Shown: one piece after another, positions 31,942-41,672 of the stretch
How the letters are laid out: every line of letters starts with the position of its first letter
Numbering within the stretch: position 1 is the stretch's first letter
Origin: a bacterium
GTDB lineage: Bacteria > Bacteroidota > Ignavibacteria > Kapaibacteriales > UBA7675
Length of the DNA: 64,000 nucleotides
NCBI GenBank assembly: GCA_030430495.1
Contig: JAUIKM010000007.1
Coordinates: 51,776-115,775, forward strand
Direction of reading: 5' to 3'
Program-made: the position numbers and the translations under genes
The notes under the pieces: model-generated
Told to the model about the DNA's origin: nothing
What the model saw: the letters and a program-made list of their open reading frames with translations, nothing else
Database searches by the model: none

Positions 31942-32847
31942 TCACTGCTGAACGTCGTCGGTTGTCAGCGCGGCGACGAGAATGGAAATGCGGCGATTGG
32001 ATGGATCAAAAGGATTGTTCGGCGTTCGCGGTTGTTTGTCCGCAAAACCGACGACTTTGCGGATCTGGAAACCCAGGCCCTTTTTCTCGAGGTAGCGCCG
32101 GGCGGCATTGGCCCGATCCGCGGAAAGTTCCCAGTTGGAGTAGCCGTTGGCGTGGCCGAAGGGACGCGAATCGGTGTGACCTTCAAGATTGATCGTATTC
32201 GGGAGCCGTATCAGCTCGCCGGCCAGCAAATCCAGCACGGCGCGGGCGTCGTTGGTTAAGCGGGCGCTGCCGAGTTCAAAAAAGACCGATTCGCTGGTTT
32301 CCAGAAGTTCGATGCGCAGGCCCTCATCGGTCAGCTTGACCTCGACAGAGTTGAGCAGATCCTGAAAAGCCGGTTTTTCTTTGAGGCTGGTTTCGAGTTT
32401 CTCCAGAATCTCCTGCTCCTTGTCGACCAGGACCTTCATGTACGCCACGCTGTCCGCCACCGCGGCGCTGTCGCGAATCTCCGAGAAAAAGACGGCGCGT
32501 TGTTGCGGCGTCAGGTTGCTGAAATCCTCGCTCAATTCTTCCGGACTGGGCTGAAACTTGCTGCCGCGTCCGCTCTTGAACTCATACTGGGCCGGAGCGT
32601 TGTTCAGCATGTCGACGGGCAGGCGTTTGCCGGTTTCAAAGCTGAAGACGCCGGGATCGCTTACGTAGCTGGCGATGCGTTTGCGCGTCTCGTCATTCAG
32701 ACCGAGGATCCACATTACGAGGAAAAAAGCCATCATAGCCGTCACGAAGTCGGCATAAGCCACCTTCCAGGCGCCGCCATGGTGTCCGCCGTGGCCGCCC
32801 TTCTTGATCTTTTTAATAATAATCGGCTGTTCGCTTTTTTCAGACAT
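31942..32847 (-). CDS. motB: flagellar-type stator protein MotB
   Basis: HGGAWKVAYADFVTAMMAFF and OmpA-like GHTD..NWELSADRANAAR. Confidence 0.93.
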   Translation of the reverse strand: MSEKSEQPIIIKKIKKGGHGGHHGGAWKVAYADFVTAMMAFFLVMWILGLNDETRKRIASYVSDPGVFSFETGKRLPVDMLNNAPAQYEFKSGRGSKFQPSPEELSEDFSNLTPQQRAVFFSEIRDSAAVADSVAYMKVLVDKEQEILEKLETSLKEKPAFQDLLNSVEVKLTDEGLRIELLETSESVFFELGSARLTNDARAVLDLLAGELIRLPNTINLEGHTDSRPFGHANGYSNWELSADRANAARRYLEKKGLGFQIRKVVGFADKQPRTPNNPFDPSNRRISILVAALTTDDVQQ

Positions 32848-32872
32848 GTTGCTGCTCCGGCGCCCTTAGTTG

Positions 32873-33727
32873 TTAACGCGCCTGTTTAACGGCTTCTTCT
32901 GTTTCAGCAAAACTGGGACGAGCTTCCAGCGGGATCGCGCGTCGCGCGTATTCCACGGCCACAATCGGGGGCGCGCCTTTGACAAAGGAGAGCACGCCGG
33001 ACTTGATGGCCGCCATGTATTTGGAACCGGCGTCGATATTTTCTTCCATATTTTTGACCAGCGGACCGACAAAACCATAAGAGAGCAGAATGCCGAGGAA
33101 TGTACCCACAAGAGCTGCCGAAACGCTGTGCCCGATCACCTCGGCGGGCTGGTCGATCTTGCCCATGGTAATAATGACCCCGAGTACCGCCGCAACGATG
33201 CCGATGCCGGGGAAGGCGTCGGCGACGGTGTTGAGCGCCGTCGGAGCTTTGCTTTCCTCGTGGTGCATTGTCTCGAGGTCCAGCTCCATCATGTCCTCAA
33301 GGTCGTGATTGGCCACGCCGCCGTTGAGCACAACTTTAAGTGTGTCGCAGAAAAAGTCGACAGCGTGATGGTTGTTCAGGAAGGTCGAATACTTGGAGAA
33401 AATAGAGCTTGACTCGGGATGTTCGATGTGTTGCTCCAGACCGATCAGGCCCTCTTTTTTGGCCAGCTGGAAGGTTTCGTACATCAGGCGCAACAAGTCG
33501 AGGTAGACTTCCTTGTTCATGCCGCTGCCCTTGAGCGTGCCGATCACCCCGGAAATTGTGGCTTTGATCGTCGCCGGCGTATTGGCTACAACGAAGGAAC
33601 CGATGCCCGCCCCGCCGATTATGATGAACTCGCTGACCTGGAGGAGAATAAGAACATTGCCGCCGTGCATCAGGTAGCCGCCCATGACGGCTCCAAAAAC
33701 GATAACGAATCCAACGATTACGAGCAT
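32873..33727 (-). CDS. motA: flagellar-type stator protein MotA
   Basis: EFIIIGGA, GLIGLE.HIE.P, PGIGIVAAVLGVI.TM, ALVGTFLGILLSYG, P..AVE..R. Confidence 0.93.
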   Translation of the reverse strand: MLVIVGFVIVFGAVMGGYLMHGGNVLILLQVSEFIIIGGAGIGSFVVANTPATIKATISGVIGTLKGSGMNKEVYLDLLRLMYETFQLAKKEGLIGLEQHIEHPESSSIFSKYSTFLNNHHAVDFFCDTLKVVLNGGVANHDLEDMMELDLETMHHEESKAPTALNTVADAFPGIGIVAAVLGVIITMGKIDQPAEVIGHSVSAALVGTFLGILLSYGFVGPLVKNMEENIDAGSKYMAAIKSGVLSFVKGAPPIVAVEYARRAIPLEARPSFAETEEAVKQAR

Positions 33728-34013
33728 AGGCTACATGTCTGTCGCGTGAGTGATTTTTCCCGGCGATGCGACCGCAATCACATCAAATATTCCCAACTTT
33801 GAATCGTGAAATTAGTCAATTCTGGTCCTATTTTACAATATACCAACACCCTTTTATCCGATTGTCGTCCATTCTGCGGCTATCTTGAATCAAAACATTG
33901 CGCGTTCGCGGACAAGCGGGAATACTTCCGGTACTGTCGGTGTTCCGTTGAGCGACAATTCTCATGAATGGTCCCTGTCCAGACTGTAACCCCAATTCAC
34001 GGAGCCTGCGCAC

Positions 34014-34460
34014 ATGTTGTACGTGACCCGAAAATGTACATTCTCTGCGTCACATCGCCTGTATAACCCGGATTTCGATCACGCTCGCAATGAAGAGGTG
34101 TTCGACAAGTGCAACAACGTGCACGGGCATAATTATACGCTCGAAGTTACCGTTGCCGGTCTGCCGGATGCCGCTACGGGTTATGTGATCGATCTGAAGA
34201 TCCTGAAGAAAATTATCGACCGGGAAATTATCTCCAAGGTCGATCATCAGCACCTCAACGATGTGGAAATGCTGCGCGGTTACATCCCGACGGCCGAAAA
34301 TCTGGCGGTGGTGTTCTGGCAGGTGCTGGACAAACACATCGAATCCGGCAGCCTGCACGCACTTAAACTGTTTGAGTCCGAAAACAATTTCGTCGAATAC
34401 AACGGTGATCCAGTCATTCTGCATCGCTATAATCACGCCCTGGATGCGGAGGTTGTTTGA
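34014..34460 (+). CDS. queD: 6-carboxytetrahydropterin synthase / PTPS
   Basis: FSASHRL, KC.N.HGHNY, DH..LN, TAEN. Confidence 0.85.
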   Translation: MLYVTRKCTFSASHRLYNPDFDHARNEEVFDKCNNVHGHNYTLEVTVAGLPDAATGYVIDLKILKKIIDREIISKVDHQHLNDVEMLRGYIPTAENLAVVFWQVLDKHIESGSLHALKLFESENNFVEYNGDPVILHRYNHALDAEVV

Positions 34461-35254
34461 GCAAGGACAATACAACAAAGTCTGATGAAAACGGCGTGAA
34501 CGCCTCCAACGGCAGTTTTAACAAACAGGATGAACCCGAAATTCATCCCGTGATGTCGCATTCGCACTGTTCCGATGACGACGACATGCCGGCCGTGCTG
34601 CGTTCCGTTCCGTTTCCGCGCGTCAGTGAGTCCGGTAAGCCGCTCTTTGACGCCAACGGCAATTGCGCAATCAGCGCGGATGAGCGCGAGGAAATGCTGC
34701 GGCAGGCTGAGAACAAGTTTGCCGAGCTGTTCGACATTCTGCGCATCGATCGCAATGATCCCAATGCCTACGACACGCCGCGTCGCCTGGCGCGCATGTG
34801 GGTAACCGAGCTTTTTCGCGGTCGTTTCCAACCGCCGCCGGTCAACACGGTTTTTCCCAATCGCAAGCGCGTCAATGAGTTGATTATCACCAAGGGCATT
34901 CAGGTGATGTCGGTCTGTTCACATCACTGGCAGCCAATCAGCGGCGTCTGTCACATCGGTTATATTCCGGGCGACTCCATCCTGGGGCTCTCCAAATTCA
35001 CGCGCATTGTCGACTGGATCGCCCGACGCGGCCAGATCCAGGAAGAACTGGGCGAGCAGGTGGCCGATTACCTCGAGAAACTGCTTAAACCACGTGCGCT
35101 CGGCGTGGTGATCAGCGCGCGGCATTACTGCATGATCGCCCGTGGCGTTTCCGGCGACGAGGACAAAAGCGTTACCGTTACGTCCGTGATGCGTGGAATG
35201 CTGCTTCGCAATCTCAACCTGCGCAACGAATTTCTTAAACTTATCGGCCAGTGA
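34457..35254 (+). CDS. folE: GTP cyclohydrolase I
   Basis: TPRR.A, CSHH, GLSKF.R, QIQE, H.CM..RG. Confidence 0.92.
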   Translation: MSKDNTTKSDENGVNASNGSFNKQDEPEIHPVMSHSHCSDDDDMPAVLRSVPFPRVSESGKPLFDANGNCAISADEREEMLRQAENKFAELFDILRIDRNDPNAYDTPRRLARMWVTELFRGRFQPPPVNTVFPNRKRVNELIITKGIQVMSVCSHHWQPISGVCHIGYIPGDSILGLSKFTRIVDWIARRGQIQEELGEQVADYLEKLLKPRALGVVISARHYCMIARGVSGDEDKSVTVTSVMRGMLLRNLNLRNEFLKLIGQ

Positions 35255-35285
35255 TCCCGGCTGCACCTGACCGCTTAAACAAATC

Positions 35286-35319
35286 AGCCCGGAGTGTTAA
35301 ACAACGCTCCGGGCTTTTT
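35286..35319. terminator. terminator between convergent folE and rpiA
   Basis: AGCCCGGAG...CTCCGGGCT followed by TTTTT. Confidence 0.75.
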
Positions 35320-35358
35320 TATGAGCTTTTTCAATCCATTCTTGTTTGTCAGCGGGAG

Positions 35359-36108
35359 TCAGGCGATCGGTCCCTGCGGGTCGCGCACGGCGCAGGTCAG
35401 GAGCCGCACGCCATTGGGCGAGGCCAGCATCAGTTCGTCGGCCAGGGCAATAAACAGTCCGTGTTCAACAACTCCCGCGCGTCCGTCCAGGCTCGCGGCC
35501 AGGTCCAGCGGATCGTCGATCGCGCCGAAATCGCAGTCCAGAATCACATTGCCGTTGTCGGTGAACACCGCGTCGCCGTTGGCCTGCGTGCGCGTGTTCA
35601 CCTCTGCGCCCAGCTGCTCCAGGAAGCGCCGTTCTGCGCCGGAAGCGAAGGGCAGCACTTCAACCGGCAGCGCAAATCCCGCGCCGAGATGTTTAACAAA
35701 CTTGCTCTCGTCCGCGATAACAATAAAACGGGCGCAGTTCTGCGCCAGCACCTTTTCGCGCAGCAATGCGCCGCCGCCGCCCTTGATGGCGTCCAGATTG
35801 GCGTCAATTTCATCCGCGCCGTCGATATAGATATCCAGCCGCGGATGCGCGTTGAGGTTTGAGAGGGGAATGCCGACGCACAGTGCAAGGTCTTCCGTCT
35901 GCTGTGAGCTGGGAATCCCGACAAGGTCGGTCAGCTCGCCCGCGGAAATTCGTCGCCCGATTTCTTCGAGCGCAAAACGCACGGTGCTGCCCGTGCCGAG
36001 ACCCACAACCATGCCTGAGCGAATCTCGGCCGCGGCGCGCACGCCCGCGTCTTTTTTCAGTTGATCCTGCGGCGAAAGTTCCTGATCATGCGTAGAATTG
36101 CTGCTCAT
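35359..36108 (-). CDS. rpiA: ribose-5-phosphate isomerase A
   Basis: GLGTGST, DGADE, KGGGGALLREK; likely start MSSNS at 36108. Confidence 0.95.
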   Translation of the reverse strand: MSSNSTHDQELSPQDQLKKDAGVRAAAEIRSGMVVGLGTGSTVRFALEEIGRRISAGELTDLVGIPSSQQTEDLALCVGIPLSNLNAHPRLDIYIDGADEIDANLDAIKGGGGALLREKVLAQNCARFIVIADESKFVKHLGAGFALPVEVLPFASGAERRFLEQLGAEVNTRTQANGDAVFTDNGNVILDCDFGAIDDPLDLAASLDGRAGVVEHGLFIALADELMLASPNGVRLLTCAVRDPQGPIA

Positions 36109-36568
36109 AGTAGTCCTGTTTGGTTCCGTATTGACTGGGCCGTAGGCGACGAATATCGGCCCATTTTCTTTGCACGCCAAAGCGGCGGGAATAATTCGCT
36201 CGCGGGGATGGTCGGAGATTTCGCGGGACAGCTTCATAGAGCGCCCTATCTGCAGTTACCGCACCGGAGTGAGACGTCTGGATGTTCGAATCTCTCGATC
36301 AGGTACGGGCAACGAGCGCCGAATGGCAGGATACCTGCAACAGCAAACGTCGGCATCAATCGCCCGAAAATATGGTGCTGCCTGAATTCCTGTTGAAATA
36401 TGATAGACTCGTTGAGTTTTCCACATTTCAACGGGACAAATGTTAAGTAGTTTTTCTTCCTTCCCTTGAAGCTAAGAAGGGGGAGTTTACACCAGGGCAT
36501 GTCTTATTCATGCAAAGCAAGGCAGCCAACATTGGAGAATTGGCAATCAGCGACTTTTTCTCGGCCTG

Positions 36569-37180
36569 ATGCATGCAAACAGAAGTGAAGAGGCTTCTAC
36601 CATCGCAACAAATTTATACAGCAGATATTCAGGAAAATTTCAGTCCGATGATGAGAGTGTCTTCTGGAAAGCAGCAATCCTGAGTTCTGAGATCAGCCTG
36701 GCTCCATCCAGCCGAAGCGCCGAATTCAATCAAATATTCAGGCAGATTGAGCAGGCGGGGTTTGAGTCTGTTTTTAAGCACGGTATCAGAGACCGCTTTG
36801 GCTGTAACTTGGCGCTCATCCCCATTCAACACATATTGTTGCTGGAATCACTTAACAGCAACAGGTGGAATAAAACTGCCAAACGCAACTACAGGCAGTT
36901 CGTAGAAAAGGTAGAGCGCCTTCAAGAGAAGATTCGAAGTGAAGATGTTAAATCAAGGAATGCCCATCTGGTGACAGTACAGATGCAGTTCTTACAGGAA
37001 GCGCCAAATCAGACAGTGCTCGTAAAGCTCCTCTCCAAAGCGATAGATCTGCTGTCCGATACTTCAATAGTCGGTGCTTGCAAGCGAGATTCAACAGAGT
37101 TCATCGCAGCAGAACAAGCCATTGTGATAATTGGGAAATTAACTGTTTCATTGTACCACACAACAATTGATGGAGGATGA
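36569..37180 (+). CDS. hypothetical protein (lower-GC segment)
   Basis: 203-codon ORF in a visibly more AT-rich stretch; no recognisable motif. Confidence 0.45.
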   Translation: MHANRSEEASTIATNLYSRYSGKFQSDDESVFWKAAILSSEISLAPSSRSAEFNQIFRQIEQAGFESVFKHGIRDRFGCNLALIPIQHILLLESLNSNRWNKTAKRNYRQFVEKVERLQEKIRSEDVKSRNAHLVTVQMQFLQEAPNQTVLVKLLSKAIDLLSDTSIVGACKRDSTEFIAAEQAIVIIGKLTVSLYHTTIDGG

Positions 37181-37442
37181 GCACACAATCACAATAACTT
37201 AAGCGGGGCAAGTGTGGTTGTACAACTTTACCAGAGAACGGAGGTCGTCTCATAACAAAGACGGCATCCGGCCCGGCAAGGATGTTTAACACGATTCCTG
37301 GCTGGGGCAAGTATTGCTTTCCGAGCTGCACGTACTGTTTTCCCGTCGGGCACGTGAACTTGCCGCTCTCATCGAATGCAATGTCGATGATGAGAGTCGG
37401 CTCTTTGCAGCGTTAATCAGGATCGGCGTAGAAGCCAAATGA
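37177..37442 (+). pseudogene. probable disrupted ORF between two hypothetical genes
   Basis: ATG overlaps the upstream stop but hits TAA after 6 codons. A protein-like frame (...LLSELHVLFSRRARELAALIE...GVEAK*) ends overlapping the next ATG. Confidence 0.3.
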
Positions 37443-37867
37443 AGGCAGACGCAAAATCTTGCAATCACAATCGAAACACCAATGTACCCGGCAACGGTCC
37501 CGATCGGCTCGATTGGTTGCGGCGAGACCGCAGTGCCGCACCCTTAAGCAGAAGCCGGGTGCAAGATGGGCAAGCGTTCGGAGTAATTCAAGACAAATGC
37601 AAGATCGAACTTGCCTCAAACAATGTTGATGCAAATTCTGAGAGCACGAATGCAACAGCAGCCTGGATTGCCGGCGACCGCCGCCCGATGGTTTTCGGTG
37701 CCGCTTTGCGTGAAGCGTACAGTTCTGTCTTGAGCCGCGATGAACTCCGGCAGTTGCGTTTAACAAACGGTGGAGTCGCCGCCGCGCTTAAACAGAGGCT
37801 GGGGAAGTTCAACGGCCAAGTCCAGGATGCGACAGTACATGTTAAAAGCGGGCCGGCGCTCAGGTGA
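37439..37867 (+). CDS. hypothetical protein
   Basis: 142-codon ORF, ATGA-coupled to the upstream frame. Confidence 0.35.
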   Translation: MKADAKSCNHNRNTNVPGNGPDRLDWLRRDRSAAPLSRSRVQDGQAFGVIQDKCKIELASNNVDANSESTNATAAWIAGDRRPMVFGAALREAYSSVLSRDELRQLRLTNGGVAAALKQRLGKFNGQVQDATVHVKSGPALR

Positions 37868-38429
37868 GGGACCACTGCGCCTTGTGTTTTACTCGCCATG
37901 CGCAAGCTGACCTGCTGAAAACACCCGAACGGCGGGGATGAGATGTGTAATTGCGATCGTGGAACTGTCCATCCTCGCCGGATCGGGTTTTGCAATATCA
38001 TACTCAGTAGTGGAGTGCGGTGTAACCGGAATCCACCACGACCGGCGGCGCACGGCCGGCCTGCGGAGGAGAGGCCGTGCGCCAAAGTTGAGGCTGTGTG
38101 ATCCAGCCGCGCAGAAATGCAGGAGCATACGTTCAATTCCAGGCTACGGCTTGGTCCGCATGCAATGGATTGACGGAATCGCTCCCGCCTGTTGACAATC
38201 AAGCGGGCCGAAAGGAATGTGTGTGAACGTTAATGGTATCTCCCAAACGATCCGAGCGTTCACAGATTCCCGACGGTCGGGAGGTGGTCCTCGCCCGGCA
38301 CGGGCTGTAGCCTGGAGGATCACGTCCTATTGTTTTTGATCGCGGGCATGTGTGAAATGTTAACCGATAGTACGTCCGGCCGAAATGCGGTGGCACATTT
38401 TTGTTGAACAAGCGCTCCACCGGGAATGA

Positions 38430-38975
38430 TCACTGTTCAACGGCCAGATATTCCGCCGGCACGTGATCCGTCAGCCATACGCCGTTGGCGGAGAGATAAA
38501 ACACAAAACCCTGCCGCGCCATTTTCGCGGTATCGACCAGCAGAATTACCGGTTTGCCGTAGCGAATGCCGACCTTGTGCGCCGTATCGCGATCCGCCGA
38601 AAGATGCACGTGATGCCGCGCCATTTTGTTGAGGCCCCGCGCCAGAATCGCATCGATATTGCGCTCGGCCGTGCCGTGATAGAGCAGGGCGGGCGGCGCC
38701 TGCTGTTCAAACCGAAGATCCAGATCCAGCGAGTGCCCCTGCGCCGCGCGAATGCGCCTTCCGTCTTTGGAGATCACAAAGCGCTTTTTGTCGTTTGTGC
38801 GCACAACTTCGTCCAGCGTCCGGCGCTCTATTGTCCGGCCGTTTTCCGCGGCTTTGACGAGCAGCTCTTCGACGTCGGCCCAGCCCTGCGCATCAAGCGC
38901 AATGCCGATGGTTTCGGGCTTGTGCCGCAGAATCAGGCTGAGGAATTTGGAGATTTTTATGTGATCGGTTTGCAT
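38430..38975 (-). CDS. kptA: RNA 2'-phosphotransferase (Tpt1/KptA)
   Basis: SKFLS.ILRH.P, DKKRF, IRAAQGHS, LYHGT, RHHVHLS, NGVWL. Confidence 0.95.
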   Translation of the reverse strand: MQTDHIKISKFLSLILRHKPETIGIALDAQGWADVEELLVKAAENGRTIERRTLDEVVRTNDKKRFVISKDGRRIRAAQGHSLDLDLRFEQQAPPALLYHGTAERNIDAILARGLNKMARHHVHLSADRDTAHKVGIRYGKPVILLVDTAKMARQGFVFYLSANGVWLTDHVPAEYLAVEQ

Positions 38976-39549
38976 CAGATTCCATGTGCCGAAAGATTGA
39001 GAGTTCAGGAGACTGCAATGTATGGCGCTCGCTGCGGCCGAGCAAAGGCGCGTGCATCAAATACAGGTCCCGTTCAGAAGCGAAAACGGCCCGCTTAACC
39101 ACGAAATTGCCTACGCTCAGTTTTTTACGATGGAACGCGATTTGCATTGGGGCTATTCTTGTGGCGGCGCGCGCAGACCGGTTGCGGGCGCGGCAGGAGA
39201 TCACTGGGTTGATGGCATGCTGAACGAGCCCGCGTTGAAGCGGGTAAGGGAAGCTATATTGGTGGGTATCGTTTTTGGAAGGGTGGTGGTGTCGGGGTGG
39301 GTCCTTTGATCTCACTAAAAAACACCCAATCAAAACCCAATAACTTCAAACTCCCACAGCACCCGCTCTTCCCGCACAAACGCTCGCGTCCCCTTCTACG
39401 CGCCCGCACATTACCCGATTGTTAACTTCGTATGTGCGCTCGTTTAACTTCAATATTCAACGCCGCAAACCGCGCGCCTCGGCCATTTTTGTTAAATTTG
39501 TACTTCTACATCTGTGACAAACAAGAAAATCAAGCCAAGAGAGAGAAAC

Positions 39550-40821
39550 ATGAAAGTCGTCAGTGCGAGCGAAGCCGTTAAGTGTGTCAGGTCCCGAAAC
39601 AACGTGTTTGTGCACAGTGTCGCCGCCGCGCCCCGGGTGCTCATCGATGCGCTGATGCTGCGCGCGCCCGAACTGCGCGACGTCAATATGTACCACATCC
39701 ATACCGAAGGACCCGCGCCCTATGCGCAGCCCGACTGCGCCGCCAGCTTTAACACCAATGCCTTTTTTGTCGGCGCCAACGTTCGCAAAGCCGTCGCCGC
39801 CGGCGATGCCGACTATATTCCCGTCTTTCTGAGCGAGATTCCCGCTTTGTTCCGCGACGGCATTATTCCTCTTGATGTGGCCATGATTCAGGTTTCCACG
39901 CCGGACCGCCATGGTTTTTGCTCCCTCGGCGTGTCCGTCGACATCGCCCGTGCCGCCATCGACGCCGCCAAAATTGTGATTGCGCAAATCAATCCGCACA
40001 TGCCGCGCAGTCATGGCGACGGCCTGATTTCCACCGCCGAAATCCACTACGCCGTTGAACACGCCGAGTCGCTGCTCCAGATTGAGCGGCCGGTTCTGAC
40101 CGAGATAGAACAGGCGATAGGGCGGCACGTGGCCGGTTTGGTCGAGAACGGCGCTACCCTGCAGATGGGCATCGGCGCCATTCCCGATGCCGTCCTCGGC
40201 GCTCTTGGCGGCCATCGCGATCTCGGCGTGCACACGGAAATGTTCTCCGACGGTCTGATCGATCTGGTCGAGAGCGGCGTGGTCAACGGTCGTTGCAAGA
40301 CAATCTACCCGGAGCGCATCGTCAGCGGATTCGTCATGGGCAGCAAACGCGTCTATGACTTTATCGACGACAACCCGCAGGTGGCGATGCTCGATATCGC
40401 TTTTGTCAACAACACTGCAATTATCAGCCAGAACCCCAAAGTCACCGCCATCAACAGCGCTATTGAAGTCGACATCACCGGCCAGGTCTGTGCCGATTCC
40501 ATCGGAACGCGCCAGTATTCCGGCGTCGGCGGCCAGATGGACTTTATCCGCGGGGCCTCGCTCTCGCGCGGCGGCAAACCGATTATCGCGCTGCCTTCGT
40601 CCACTCGCCGCGGCGAATCGCGCATCGTGCCCTTTCTCAAACCCGGCGGCGGTGTCGTCACAACGCGCGCGCACGTGCACTATGTGGTGACCGAATACGG
40701 CGCGGTCAATTTGTACGGTAAAACTCTGCGGCAGCGCGCCCGCGCGCTTATCGGCATTGCTCATCCGGATCACCGCGAAGCGCTCGAAGCGGCCGCGTTT
40801 GAACGTTTTCACACGATCTGA
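39550..40821 (+). CDS. acetyl-CoA hydrolase / 4-hydroxybutyrate CoA-transferase family
   Basis: TLQMGIGAIP, HTEM, SGVGGQMDF, VVTEYG. Confidence 0.9.
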   Translation: MKVVSASEAVKCVRSRNNVFVHSVAAAPRVLIDALMLRAPELRDVNMYHIHTEGPAPYAQPDCAASFNTNAFFVGANVRKAVAAGDADYIPVFLSEIPALFRDGIIPLDVAMIQVSTPDRHGFCSLGVSVDIARAAIDAAKIVIAQINPHMPRSHGDGLISTAEIHYAVEHAESLLQIERPVLTEIEQAIGRHVAGLVENGATLQMGIGAIPDAVLGALGGHRDLGVHTEMFSDGLIDLVESGVVNGRCKTIYPERIVSGFVMGSKRVYDFIDDNPQVAMLDIAFVNNTAIISQNPKVTAINSAIEVDITGQVCADSIGTRQYSGVGGQMDFIRGASLSRGGKPIIALPSSTRRGESRIVPFLKPGGGVVTTRAHVHYVVTEYGAVNLYGKTLRQRARALIGIAHPDHREALEAAAFERFHTI

Positions 40822-40872
40822 TCCCTCCTGGTCGATTTCGCAGAAAGCAGGCCCGGCGCTATATTTGCGCCG

Positions 40873-41529
40873 ATGCGTACACGTGGCGGACATTCCGACG
40901 TCGAGCTGTTTCCCGCGGTGGAAGACGGTCCCGACAGCAGTCGCGAGGAGCGATTCTGGCGTCGCTCCGGCCTTGTCGCCGGCGCGGATGAGGTGGGGCG
41001 TGGTTGCCTGGCCGGCCCCGTTGTGGCGGCCGCCATTATCCTGCCGCCTTATATCAGCCTGCCGGGAGTGCGCGATTCCAAACAGATTTCGGCTGAGCGC
41101 AGGGAAGCGCTCTTTGACCAGATCCGCGATGCGGCCGTCAGCTGGTCCGTCTGTTTCCGCGACGCCCGCTTTGTTGAAGAGCACAACATCGTGCAGGCAT
41201 CCGTGCGCGCCATGAATACCGCGCTGTCCCGCCTGCGTCCCCGTCCGGTTCACGCGCTTATTGACGGAAACTATTTCCACGGCGATATCTGTCCGTTTAC
41301 GACAATTGTCAAAGGCGACAGCCGTTCGATCTCGATTGCGGCGGCGTCCATCCTGGCCAAGGTCATCCGCGACCGCTGGATGGCGCGCATTGCCGACCGC
41401 GAATTTCCTGTGTACGGATTTGCCCGGCACAAGGGCTATGCCACGCAGATTCATCGCGATGCACTTCTGGCGCATGGTCCCTGCCGCCTGCATCGCCGCA
41501 CATTTATCGGGCGCATACTGAATGTATAA
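40873..41529 (+). CDS. rnhB: ribonuclease HII
   Basis: GADEVGRGCLAGPV, DSK, SIAAASILAKV.RD, HKGY. Confidence 0.95.
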   Translation: MRTRGGHSDVELFPAVEDGPDSSREERFWRRSGLVAGADEVGRGCLAGPVVAAAIILPPYISLPGVRDSKQISAERREALFDQIRDAAVSWSVCFRDARFVEEHNIVQASVRAMNTALSRLRPRPVHALIDGNYFHGDICPFTTIVKGDSRSISIAAASILAKVIRDRWMARIADREFPVYGFARHKGYATQIHRDALLAHGPCRLHRRTFIGRILNV

Positions 41530-41672
41530 CTTTGGCCCCTTTTTTAAACAGCCTCTCTTGTTAGTCCTGCAGCCGGAAGCGACAAGTCGTTGCGCCGGTC
41601 GCGCGTTGTTAAACAACAATTCAGCGGGCGGCGGAAGTCGGACGTTCTGAACATGTCATTGCGGAGTCTCCC

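Noticed and set aside
31942-33727. Zorya (ZorAB) defence system
   Set aside because: MotA is 284 aa without the long ZorA tail, motifs are flagellar type, and no zorC/D/E is present
34014-35254. queD-folE as a 7-deazaguanine DNA-modification (dpd) island
   Set aside because: No dpdA/tgt, queC or queE nearby; a housekeeping pterin/queuosine role suffices
39022-39309. Possible C-terminal remnant of a Y1/REP-associated transposase
   Set aside because: Only a vague resemblance (NEPALKRVREAI..G..FG); no HUH motif or element ends seen
39457-41619. Long antisense ORFs (this 720-aa one, also 16855-18111, 21489-22790, 59893-61054)
   Set aside because: Shadows of well-supported genes on the opposite strand, expected in GC-rich DNA
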